DNA of 63,394 nucleotides, filler included, from Octopus bimaculoides (lineage: Eukaryota): the NCBI RefSeq assembly GCF_001194135.2. It is 12 parts of 9 records of this genome, joined end to end, with 100 filler letters (N's around TTAATTAATTAA, not from the genome) between each part and the next. Parts side by side here need not be neighbours in the genome. Positions count along the whole stretch, not along the records: positions 12,421 to 13,956 come from NW_026421332.1; positions 14,057 to 17,051 come from NC_068982.1; positions 17,152 to 18,613 come from NC_068983.1; positions 18,714 to 20,616 come from NC_068983.1; positions 20,717 to 23,609 come from NW_026356919.1; 7 more parts are not named here. One strand, written 5' to 3'. The notes below the pieces were generated by a model. It saw only the letters and a program-made list of their open reading frames with translations, did no database searches and was not told the DNA's origin. The position numbers and the translations under genes were made by a program. Of the stretch, positions 12,445 through 23,270 are shown one piece after another (position 1 is the first letter of the stretch; each line of letters begins with the position of its first letter).

Positions 12445-12597
12445 AGAGTGGACATTGTATTTGACTGAATGCATGGCAATGCGGTAGTACTCTCGGTGAG
12501 TGCAAGTGAGGAGGTCTTTGCTCTTATGGATGGTCCTAGTACGCCTGTAGCTGTCCTCCACCTTGTACTCGGTCGAACACTTGCCCACAACATCGGT
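12445..12597 (-). CDS. Internal exon of a large lipid transfer protein (apolipophorin/vitellogenin/apoB-type N-terminal domain)
   Basis: Minus-strand acceptor ttttttctcctccaacttcag| and donor CT|GTGAGT; 153 nt, phase 0/0, open. Reads TDVVGKCSTEYKVEDSYRRTRTIHKSKDLLTCTHREYYRIAMHSVKYNVHS, matching the (E)TDVxGxCxTxY...IxKxKDLxxCxxR pattern of Vitellogenin_N beta-barrels. Confidence 0.75.
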
Positions 12598-12630
12598 CTG
12601 AAGTTGGAGGAGAAAAAAATAACATTGTAA

Positions 12631-12694
12631 ATGATGTTAATGATGATGATGATGATGATGATGATAAAGATGATGGTGATGGTGATGATGATGG

Positions 12695-12727
<33 letters not shown>

Positions 12728-12737
12728 CGATGATGAC

Positions 12738-12787
<50 letters not shown>

Positions 12788-12788
12788 C
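12631..12788. repeat. (ATG)n microsatellite
   Basis: Seen directly; lies just upstream of the LLTP exon acceptor on the minus strand. Confidence 0.95.
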
Positions 12789-12789
12789 A

Positions 12790-13650
12790 ATCTGCGGAGC
12801 ACTGAATACTGGGTTTAGGGTCCGCCGCAGGATAAGCTCACTTAAGAAACCCCTCTCGTGATGGTGTCTCGACACAAATATTGATGGTTGTAAACGCCTT
12901 AACACTTCCCCCTGCATGAGAGTAATGAATAATAGAATTAACACGACAGGTGCCCTGCGGGTGAGCAACATAGGCCAAGTTGTCATTATAAGGCTGCTAG
13001 AACTAAGAAGATGAATATAGCTGTCAGGGAATGTCATTTTTTGAGCAGACCCACTGATATGTCAAAGAAATCGGAATTGACATGAGAGTAGAGCAAGCCC
13101 CCCGCCCCAAACTACCCTGTTTGGGGCAGCTAGGATTTTGAGGTTGGTACTTGGAGTTTGAATGTCTCTCACGATAATTAACAACCAACTACCAAAGCTT
13201 ATAATGTATGGAAAGAGACTCCGTACGACCTCTGACAGGAGGATGCTGTCTGCTCTCACAGAATCTACCAGAATAAAATAAGAAGAAAAAAATAATACAT
13301 GCTAACTATAGCTGCTCAGGAACAAGCCATTAGGACAAACCTGATAAAAACAATAGTCAACAAAACTCAATCAGCATATTTAGAATCTACAGGAGAGGAG
13401 ATAAAAGTATCAATCACCCACGTAAAATACTGTCTATGTAATCTAAAATTTTAAAACAAACATAATTTTCTTATGGTTTCATAAACATTCTCTAGAACAA
13501 CACTATGTACAACACCAGATATATGGCACCCTAGGCATAACACCCACATGAACTTCTAACTTGTCTCTTGAGGTCTCTGGGTGAGACCTGGAGCCAACTT
13601 GTACAAATGCAAAGCAAAAGTCAAAAATATAAAATAATAATAATAATAAT
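12790..13650 (+). mobile_element. Internally deleted R4/Dong-clade non-LTR retrotransposon
   Basis: N-terminal-like RTKKMNIAVRECHFLSRP (about 12999), IAAQEQAIRTNLIK (AAQEQ at 13311), terminal RKILSM* (about 13431), then a 3' UTR shared with 38600-38800 and a (TAA)n tail. Confidence 0.72.
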
Positions 13651-14056
13651 GACAACAGCAATAATAATGATAATAGTTATAATAATGAGAAGGAAAAGGA
13701 GTAGGATGATGATGATGAAATTAAGGGAGGAGGTGGTGGTGGTGGTGGGAGAAAAAACAAAGGAAAAAGAGGAGTAGAAGAAGTAGTAGCAGGGAGGGGA
13801 GGAGGAGGAGGGGAAAGAGAAGGTTAAACAGCAGCAGCAGAAAGCGGAGGTAGAACAGGAAGAGGAGGGGAGGAAGAAGAGAAGGGGCAGAAGTGGAGGA
13901 AGAAAGAATTAACAATAACACGAACATCCAAACATTGGTAACAACAACAACAGCAANNNNNNNNNNNNNNNNNNNNNNNNNNNNNNNNNNNNNNNNNNNN
14001 TTAATTAATTAANNNNNNNNNNNNNNNNNNNNNNNNNNNNNNNNNNNNNNNNNNNN

Positions 14057-14099
<43 letters not shown>

Positions 14100-14489
14100 A
14101 CACGCGCGGGCACACATACAATGTTTTCTAAATATAGAATGATGATAGTCTTAATTATTCTGAGCGTGTTTAATACGATAATGAATTGAACATCTAAGAA
14201 ATATGTGAATTCCCATATCAGAAACAAATTTTGCGCGCTAAAAATAAAACGACAAAAGTGACCACGTGCCAAATATTTCTAATGATATTTATTTGTCTTG
14301 GTTAATTTCCAGTCAAAACGTGGGAGAATATATCTAAAAAAAGTAAACTAAGAAAATGAAAATTATTTTAATAATTTACCTCCTCACAAAATTGCAGTTT
14401 TATAATATCTTTATGACATTCAGTGTTACAATTATTATACCTGACTATTGAAACCGCTGTTTACTGCTTCAAGAGGTTTTGTGGGTTCC

Positions 14490-15640
14490 TATTTTGGTTC
14501 TGAATTGTTGAAAATTCGTCCGATATGTTATTAAAGCTGTAAAAATTGCCCTTTGTCAGATGTTTATTTGTAAGGGCTGTACGAAGGAAAGACTTCACAA
14601 ACTTCTAGATAGCGTAAAGTGATACACAGCAATATGTTGGACTGAACATATTAGTTGCAGGTTCGTTGCACACTAGTTTTCGAAAAGACAAGATATATAT
14701 TTTTATTTTTGGAACTTGTTTCTAGAACTCAATGTTAGACTGGGATTAGTGGATCACCTTTAGACCCAGGTCGTTTGTAATTCCATTAGTTTCATTTCCA
14801 CAGTAAATAATTCTGTAACCAGAAGCCCGGGAATCGAACAAACATTATACAAGTCGTGGATTTATAACACGAAAAAATGTTTCAGCTGCTGCAAGACATC
14901 ATAAATGGCGAGGAAATGATCAAGCAATCCTTGTTTTCTTTCGGTTTGTGGTCTTTCATTTCAATACCAGGTGATGTATTTACTCTCATACTATGACAGG
15001 GAAGGAAACGGAAATTTCTCGATGAAAAACTCTCATTTTATTCTGATAACTGAAAATTGTCTGAGTTAGATAAAAAATAAGCTTATCCTTCTGGAGAATT
15101 AGTAGAAGCTTTATTTGGGACATTAAATATTGCATCTATTCATAATTTTCTAGTTGAGGATGAGATTTTTTTCTATAAAAAAAATAATAATAGCTCCAAT
15201 GGATCCATATACCAACTTAAATCATTGCTCGTCGACAACCACCTCAAAACGCAGTAGAAAGATATATAACTGGGTTTTAATTCAAGCTTCAGTTCCCCAA
15301 TAGAGTTTCTGAAACGTCGGTAAGCCTTGCTTGAAACTGACACTTTCAAAGATAGATTCCATAACATCTTCATGCTTGAAACATCTGGTTGCCATATATT
15401 CACAGTGAATAATGCAATGAACAGGAGAAACTTTGGAAAGCTGCGGTAACTTTTCATAGGTATAATTATTCCTTCTTTTTCTCCACCACTGCTGGTGATC
15501 CATCTGTTGCAACACTGACAAGCTTATGCAGCGGAACATTAATATTTGATTAGGCTCCATCAAGCGCATTTTTAATTCACGACTTAGATCATCTAATGTT
15601 GCTAAGTACTTTTAATGCAAGCCAGTCTCTTTTTTTAGAG
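14490..15640 (-). pseudogene. hAT transposase fossil (Charlie/GTF2IRD2-like)
   Basis: Minus-strand frames give LVSVATDGSP (about 15490-15522), HCIIH (about 15404-15418), LRWLS (about 15232-15246) and a dimerisation-domain-like SPTYCC...KS...LTNKHL (about 14550-14645); frameshifted. Confidence 0.75.
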
Positions 15641-16704
15641 TTGCGTCAGAGGAAACAACGAACAAACATTGTCAGTTTGGGGTTAATCTTGCATGCCTAT
15701 ATATTCACCAAGAGCTAAGGGAATGTAAGAGAAATTATTTTGTATTTTACTTGCAACATCAGAACTGATACGGGAGATACGTCCTTCCGTAGTGTTGTAC
15801 GAAACTGGTTTTTGTGCTATTAGTAATTGAAATTTATATATTTATCTAGTACTGCAACATCTTCAGCTACAATCTCTAACAACAACAGTAACAACAACAA
15901 GGTGAATAGCTACTGAGACGTCTAAATGTCCCTTTGGGTATCCTGTGGTAAATATTCTGAAATATCTTCGTGTGACGTATGAGGTTCGTTTGTTTCCTTT
16001 TGTTTAATCCATATACGCGTAAGCGCCATTGTGCATTAGTAAGCTAGATAGAAAAATATAATATACATAAACGAGAAAGAAAATGAGGCATGTGGTGACG
16101 GAAACTCTTTGGAAAATCGAATATATCTGGTATTTTGTTACGACAGCTACGAATCTCTACTTCACACCCAAACTTACAATATTTCACCTTGGTCCGAAAA
16201 ATTACAATTCAGCCCTCTGTAGACTTTGCACACATTCTCGATGTATTTAACGAATATCTACTGATATATTCCCAATTCCGTGTGTTACACATATATATTA
16301 GAAATTATTGAATGCGTTTGATGAAGGGAAAACACACTTAAAGCTCGTGATATTTCGACATAGTTATCTGCAGTCCGTCTAAGGAAGCAAATAAACGTGT
16401 GCCTAGTTTTGCATAACCGTATCTTGTAGAAGCATAAGTATGTATTGGATGGGAAAATATAGGTGTTTTATTCGGTGCTACTATAGCATTCGGCCTACCG
16501 AGACATTTACACAATAGCGTGTGGTGTACTGAGTCATTTAAGCTGCAGTGTGCAGTCTACCTTGAATAATTACGAAGCAGAATGACAAAAAAAGTGTGGC
16601 AAAGAATTTATTAATGATCATTGTAAAAACAAAAATCCCCTCGAGGCAGCCAACAACATTATGAAATCGACTTTCTCATTTCTTTGTTACATATCTTGTT
16701 TTTA

Positions 16705-16975
16705 CACACACAGATAGATAGGTTTCTTTATTAGCCACACAGGGCTCAACACAGAGGGGACAAAATACAAATGTAGAGTTTTTTCTTTTCGAGGGGGGCG
16801 AAAACAAAGCAGAAAAAAAAACAAAAGTGGGGACAAAGATGAAAAAAAAAATACATCGCAAAACGTTTGGGGTATTTACAAAATATATGAAATGATACAG
16901 AAAATTCCCAATAAATGGGGAGGTTATCCGTGGAAAGAAAAACCTACGAAAAGACCACGGTAACCTCGGTCTTTA
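16705..16975 (-). mobile_element. Probable LINE (Tx1/L1-like) 3' UTR
   Basis: T-rich UTR on the minus strand ending ctaataaagaaa then a (CTAT)/(GT) microsatellite; no coding motif visible. Confidence 0.35.
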
Positions 16976-17151
16976 GTGTCACAGTTTGTTAAATAAAATT
17001 TCTTTTATTTATGTAAGAAACGTAAGTAACTCTCTGTTTTTAAAACGTTTTNNNNNNNNNNNNNNNNNNNNNNNNNNNNNNNNNNNNNNNNNNNNTTAAT
17101 TAATTAANNNNNNNNNNNNNNNNNNNNNNNNNNNNNNNNNNNNNNNNNNNN

Positions 17152-17452
17152 AAGCCTTGTGAGTGGATTTGGTAGACGGAAACTGAAAGAAGCCTGTCGT
17201 ATATATACATATATATATGCATGTGTGTGTGTATATGTTTGTGTGTCTGTGTTTGTCCCCCGCCCCCAACATCGCTTCACAACCGATGCGGGTTTGTTTA
17301 CGTCCCCGTAACTTAGCGGTTCGGCATAAGAGACCGATAGAATAAGTACTAGGCTTACAAAGAATAAGTCCTGGGGTCGATTTGCTCGACTAAAGGCAGT
17401 GCTCCAGCATGGCTGCAGTCAACTGACTGAAACAAGTAAATGAGTAAAAGAG
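17152..17452 (+). mobile_element. SINE family B spanning its internal microsatellite
   Basis: Links the 5' half (aagccttgtgagtgg...gtcgt) through (TA)/(TG) to the 3' half. Confidence 0.82.
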
Positions 17453-17470
17453 TAATGCTTGAGCGACTTA

Positions 17471-17690
17471 GGGTGGTGAGCTGGCAGAATCGTTGCCGCA
17501 CCGGAGAGAATGCTTAGCGGCATTTCTTCCGACTTTACGTCCTGAGTTCAAATGCTGTCGGCGTCGATTTATCCTTTCAAACTTTAGGAAGCGATGAAAT
17601 AAGTACCAGTTAAACACTGGAGAACGATGTATCTAATTGATTTATCCTCCTCCCCCGAAATTGCTGGCCTTGTGCCAAAATTTGAAATCA
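17471..17690 (+). mobile_element. SINE family C
   Basis: Colinear with the 61898 copy. Confidence 0.75.
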
Positions 17691-17862
17691 ATATCTGAGT
17701 GACTTGAAAAACGCGTTATTCATAATTTTGTTGTTATACACGATTAGGATTAATTAAAACTTGGTAACCATAAAGTTCTCTGTAATTAAGGCTTTATTAA
17801 TGATGTATCATCTTGAAGCGAATTCAGTTATAAATAAATGAAAGGCTTATAATAATGAGGTG

Positions 17863-18030
17863 GGTTTCCGTCGTTCAGTGACGAAGATTCGGTTGTTCGA
17901 TCAACTAAATAACATGTTCCCGAATTAACTAACGTGTATGAAACTGAGCTTCCTACAGACACGTGGACCTTTAATATAATTCGGGTAAAACCAGCATGAC
18001 ACAGTGACAAGGCTGTAACCTTCTGAATTG
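17863..18030 (-). mobile_element. Old diverged relative of the family A 3' half
   Basis: Degenerate match to the ccgtcg...acagacacgtg...gtgacaaggct segment. Confidence 0.5.
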
Positions 18031-18412
18031 GGTTTAACAAAATAAAAATACCGCTTGACAACCGGTAACATAGCGGTGTTGGTAACATAGCGGTTCGGCA
18101 AATTAACCGATTGAGTAAGGCTGAATAAGAAAAAAAATAAGTACTGGGGTCGATTCGTTCGACTCAAATTCCCCAGGGTGGTGCCCCAGCATGGCTGCAG
18201 TCTAAAGACTGAAACCAGATACATGATAAAAAGCGAAAAGCTGTCTGTGAAGCGAATTTATTAAATAACAAATAAATAGCTTATAAGATGGATTTCCGTC
18301 GTTCGGCGATGAGGATAACCTTCTGGATTAATTAAGACGTAAGTGGATGAGTATTCCAAAGAACGTGTGGCAAGGATGTTTTCTTTTTTAATTATATCCT
18401 TTATTATTTTAT

Positions 18413-18613
18413 TCCTTTATTTGTTTCAGTCATGTGACTGCGGCCATACTGGAACACCGCCTTTTGTTGAACAAATCGATCCCCCGGGACTCATTCTTTC
18501 TGAGCCTAGTACTTATTCTATCGGTCTCTTTTGTCGAACAGCTAAGTTACGGGGACGTAAACACACCAACATCGGTTGTCAAGCGATGGTGGTATATATA
18601 TATATATATATAT
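18413..18613 (-). mobile_element. SINE family B, 3' half
   Basis: Reverse complement of 1-242. Confidence 0.78.
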
Positions 18614-18713
18614 NNNNNNNNNNNNNNNNNNNNNNNNNNNNNNNNNNNNNNNNNNNNTTAATTAATTAANNNNNNNNNNNNNNNNNNNNNNNNNNNNNNN
18701 NNNNNNNNNNNNN

Positions 18714-18874
18714 CTCAGATTAACAAACGCATCGATTGGACCATTTTATAGCTTATTTTTTAATACAAAGCATGACATAACAAATAGGTGACGTCATCTA
18801 TTTGTTATGTCATGCTGTGTATTAAAAAAAATAAGCTATAAATGTGGTTCAATCGATGTGTTTGTTAATCTGAG
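18714..18874. repeat. About 160-bp near-perfect loopless palindrome
   Basis: Arms ctcagattaacaaac...taacaaatag and ctatttgtta...gtttgttaatctgag around a central TGACGTCA; the left end abuts a gap. Confidence 0.9.
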
Positions 18875-19921
18875 GTTTTCTCCTTTTTCTGATTATTTGT
18901 ATTTGGTTCCTGATAAACTCTTGTTTATCCTGTTGTTACCTGCATTCTACGTGCATAGTGTGCCTGCACACCGATGCCCAGGGATAAAACGTGTAACGGA
19001 TACCGCTAGTACATACGGATATTTTAACCATTAGTCGGTTATTATAACCGCTAACTCTGTTTGCACAATATATATATATATATATATATATATGTGTNNN
19101 NNNNNNNNNNNNNNNNNNNNNNNNNNNNNNNNNNNNNNNNNNNNNNNNNNNNNNNNNNNNNNNNNNNNNNNNNNNNNNNNNNNNNNNNNNNNNNNNNTAT
19201 ATATGCGTGTGTGTTTGCTGGGGCAACACCTTGAACGATTTTAGTCGAACAAATCGAGTCCATGACTTATTTTTTCACAAACATATGCAGCCTGCGCCTG
19301 CATATGTTTGTGAAATATCTGTTTGTATGACTGGATGCAAATTTCATTTGAAACTGTGAGCTTCATTTGGTTAATATACGTGGTGAAATTTACACACACC
19401 GATATTTAAATTCATTTTGCTTTGCCTTGATCTTCTTTTAAGTTTTTTTAGAGATAATTCCTATACATCTTTTGGGGCAGCAGAGAAGGACTAACCAAAT
19501 AACGGCAATTATTTAATGAAGTTTGATATAAACTACACAATTCGATCGTTCGTCTTGGCTGCTGTGATACTCGTGGTGTAGACACAGTCTATGAAAAGAT
19601 ATGATGGTAACTCCATTTAAAATCTTAATTTCAAATATACTGTGTCCCATCTTAGTAGATTTAGGTATCTCAGATATAATCTATTGTCAAATTTTCAAAC
19701 TTACAGTGGGTTAGTAGTATTCGGTAGACACTGTTATTACAAGTTCTTTACTGGTAAGTCACGGTTTCTCTGCATTTCTAATTCGGACTCTGGAATGGTA
19801 GTATCTGTGACTCGATGAAGACCAAATATTTTAAAGCAGCAGGTTTGTTAAGAACGTTTTTGCCTTGGTTTACCCATCGATGTTTAAATGGGTAGCCAAA
19901 GACATATACATATACACACAT

Positions 19922-19955
<34 letters not shown>

Positions 19956-20068
19956 GACACACACACACACTCACACGCACATGCACACATACACACATAT
20001 CTGTATGTATATGCATATATATATCTATATATGCAAACATACATTTTCATGTATATATATGTGTATGC

Positions 20069-20166
<98 letters not shown>

Positions 20167-20199
20167 TCNNNNNNNNNNATCTATCTATCTATCTATCTA

Positions 20200-20232
<33 letters not shown>

Positions 20233-20235
20233 TCG

Positions 20236-20271
<36 letters not shown>

Positions 20272-20321
20272 CCTGTTTGTCTGTCTGTCTACCTATCTAG
20301 CAATATATATATATATATATA

Positions 20322-20410
20322 CTAGCAGAAATACCCGGCGTTGCCCGGGTTAAAGAGAGTAATGAAATCTAAAAACGCCGTCTAGACTACGCATCATCTT
20401 TATATATAGA
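20322..20410 (-). mobile_element. Minimal non-autonomous Helitron, 89 bp
   Basis: Minus strand A|TCTATATATAAAG...CCCGG-GCAACG-CCGGG hairpin...CTAG|T: all canonical Helitron end features and an AT insertion site. Confidence 0.78.
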
Positions 20411-21399
20411 TATGTACATACACACACGCACCCAAACACACGTATATATATGTATATCAATATAAATATATGAAAGTCAATGAAGCTTCGTAAAAGAAGG
20501 TGATCATGTACAAACTTTCTTGCTGTTGTGATTATAACACCTCGTTGTAAACTATGTTCCTTGTTTTCCCTTGTGGAGCATATACAAATAGGTTTTTTTT
20601 TGCTGCCCACTCTTGANNNNNNNNNNNNNNNNNNNNNNNNNNNNNNNNNNNNNNNNNNNNTTAATTAATTAANNNNNNNNNNNNNNNNNNNNNNNNNNNN
20701 NNNNNNNNNNNNNNNNATAGAGCACTTCCCTGAAGAAATGGGAAATCCGGTGCTGAGGGTCAAAGCGAAAAGCGAGGGGTCAGTGAAACGGAAACATCGA
20801 GTGACTGGTGACCCTTTGCCAAGTAGGATGACTCTATGATGATTTTAAGATGCCCTTAATCTTATGGACCAATGTCCAGCTAACTGAACTGGTATAGACC
20901 GGATCACAAAGAAGCCTTGTTGTGTGTATATGAGGTTGTTAAAAGTTTTAAATATGGAAGATATGTATATATAAACACACGCGTTTATATGTATATACAT
21001 ATATATAGATGTATACACACGCGCACGGCACTGACACACGTATGAAGATTTGGAGTTTATCCAGGAAAACAGTCAGTGCCCATGACCATTTCCAATGCTG
21101 CTGTGATTGGCTGGAGGAAGGGAGGAAGATACCCTCAAACCAGAGACATGCCTTGATTGTTTACAACAGAGAAGACTCTGTCAAAGGCAGCCATGGTTCC
21201 AAGTGATGGACTTAAAATGGGGATCAATTATGTACACCACCCAAGAAAACATACACGTCATTATGTATAGAAATGTATATGCGCACACGTACACACACAT
21301 ACACGCACACGTATAGCCACACACACTCGCAGACATACGCACAGACATACACATGCATAATACATGCATACATACATACATACATACATACATACATAC

Positions 21400-21900
21400 A
21401 TGTACATATGCCAAAAAGCGAAAACAAGGCGGCAGAGACTTAAAATCGATCCAAAATTCCTTCGAAAGTCGTAATGTGTCCCTTCGGCAACATCTTTTAC
21501 AGCCAAGTATCGAGGTGAATCCCTTGACCAACTTTGCATATACGAGGCCGATAACATCACAAGAATCGTAAGGCAGCTCCTTGAGCAGCATTCCTTCTCT
21601 GATGACCTTAACTCAAAGAAGTCACATGACTCTACCGCATCATCAGATGAAAAGATGAGCAGAAGTCTATGCATGGATATGTTAGTAGAAAGCTCGGAAA
21701 TGATAGTAATATTGATCATCAAATCAGCCTGTCATGGACCAATAACCTGATTACTACCTCCCACTTTGAAGGATATGCGTTTGTAATCCAGGAACTGGAA
21801 TTATCAAGCAGATACCTGAAGCAAAAAAAAAAGGATCAGAGATGCAGGATAAACAATAAAATGCGAGGACCAAGGTAGACTAGACGTTGTGGAGTTATCA
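21400..21900 (+). mobile_element. R4/Dong-like LINE fossil (different subfamily)
   Basis: MHGYVSRKL...SLSWTNNLITTSHFEGYAFVIQELELSSRYL resembles the segment just before the zinc knuckle in R4-clade elements. Confidence 0.65.
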
Positions 21901-22789
21901 AAAGATATCAAGGTAGACTGTGTGGAGTTAACGACGAAGATATCATAATTTGGATTATGTCTAACGTGTTTATTCCAACACTTAACACGTATACATTTGC
22001 TTGACATCACAAAGTATTTCTTGTTATTGCTATACATGACACTATTTGGTTCCTAAATATGGATATTTATTTATGTTCTCTAGATTACTCGTTATTTCAA
22101 CGGAATTTACAGTGTAAGACATGTTCAGGGATGATGTGCAATGATTCGGAATTGACAAACTGTCCAGGAGCAGAGGTAAACTTAAATTTTACTTTCTTCC
22201 CTTCTGTTAAAATATATCCATAGCTATCCCTCGAAAGCCATTATGACCAGGTAGCTTGTACTATGCTTTCGCTAAGTGTTTTAGGTGCCGATGTAAATGT
22301 AGACACCTTCTCGGTATACTTATCCTTAACTCAATGGGACAACAAGGATAAGACACATGAAGAAAGAGATTGATGACCATCACAAGGCTGGAACTCATTT
22401 GATGTTAAGACTGGGTCAAAGCGAAATGAAGTGCCTTGCTTAAGGACACAACGTGCCACCCTGTCCAGGAGTGATCATTATCCGATAAGCATGGTTGTAC
22501 TTAGTGAGATATATGAATGCACATGACCAGGAATCAACTCCGGAACAAAGGTCTCAGTTCAATAACCTCGGAACGCTAGACTTAGAAAGGGTAGTTGGAA
22601 GCTGGACTTATCCGTACCAACTCACAAAGATTACAGGAAGTGTTTAAGGAATTGGTTAAGCATCAGATGACAGAAGCAACCATGAACAACCGTTGGTAGG
22701 ATGTACTTAAGGGGCCTATTAGATGATAATCGAAAGTGTTTAGAAAAGAGCTACCAATAAAGAGGAATAGAGTGGAAAGGTGATTAGGA

Positions 22790-23270
22790 GAGGTGTTTGG
22801 TAAAAGTATGGCAACCAACATTCTAGTGTTGAATTTGGCCCTTGAGCATTTCTTTAATGAAAAACAAGAAGACTGCGTTGTCAGAGCGAACGTCTCTGCA
22901 TTAAAACACGAGGGAACAAAAACCCACAATTTGGCCTTTGGCGGGTGGAAAGGGTGCGTGTTACTCGGTTTCGAAGAGCAGATATGTATGGCTTCGGTGG
23001 AGTATTCGGGGCAGGTAATGAGTTAGTGACTTCAATGCCTACCTCGATGGACTACCTGCAGATGTAAGGTCCAGTGAGAAGCTCATGTACTGGAGGTGAT
23101 GAGCGAAGGAAGAAGGCGAAAATTGCCATGTTAAGATCGTCTGCTTTCCGAGATTTACGAATTCATGCCAGATTTACCTAAGGACCTCTTAAAAGATGAT
23201 TACCGCAACTAGCAGCAGGACGGGGGGAAATTCTTAGTTGTATGAGACTGGATTAGCAATGCTACTAAGA
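22790..23270 (+). mobile_element. LINE AP-endonuclease fossil (Tx1/L1-like)
   Basis: KGCVLLGF followed by SDFNAYLD (23025-23048), a GDFN-motif variant; many stops. Confidence 0.5.

Noticed and set aside
20470-20600. ICSTRENKEHSLQRGVI frame as a possible upstream LLTP exon
   Set aside because: Only superficial similarity to the VCP...LNIKRG motif, and no usable splice sites in phase.
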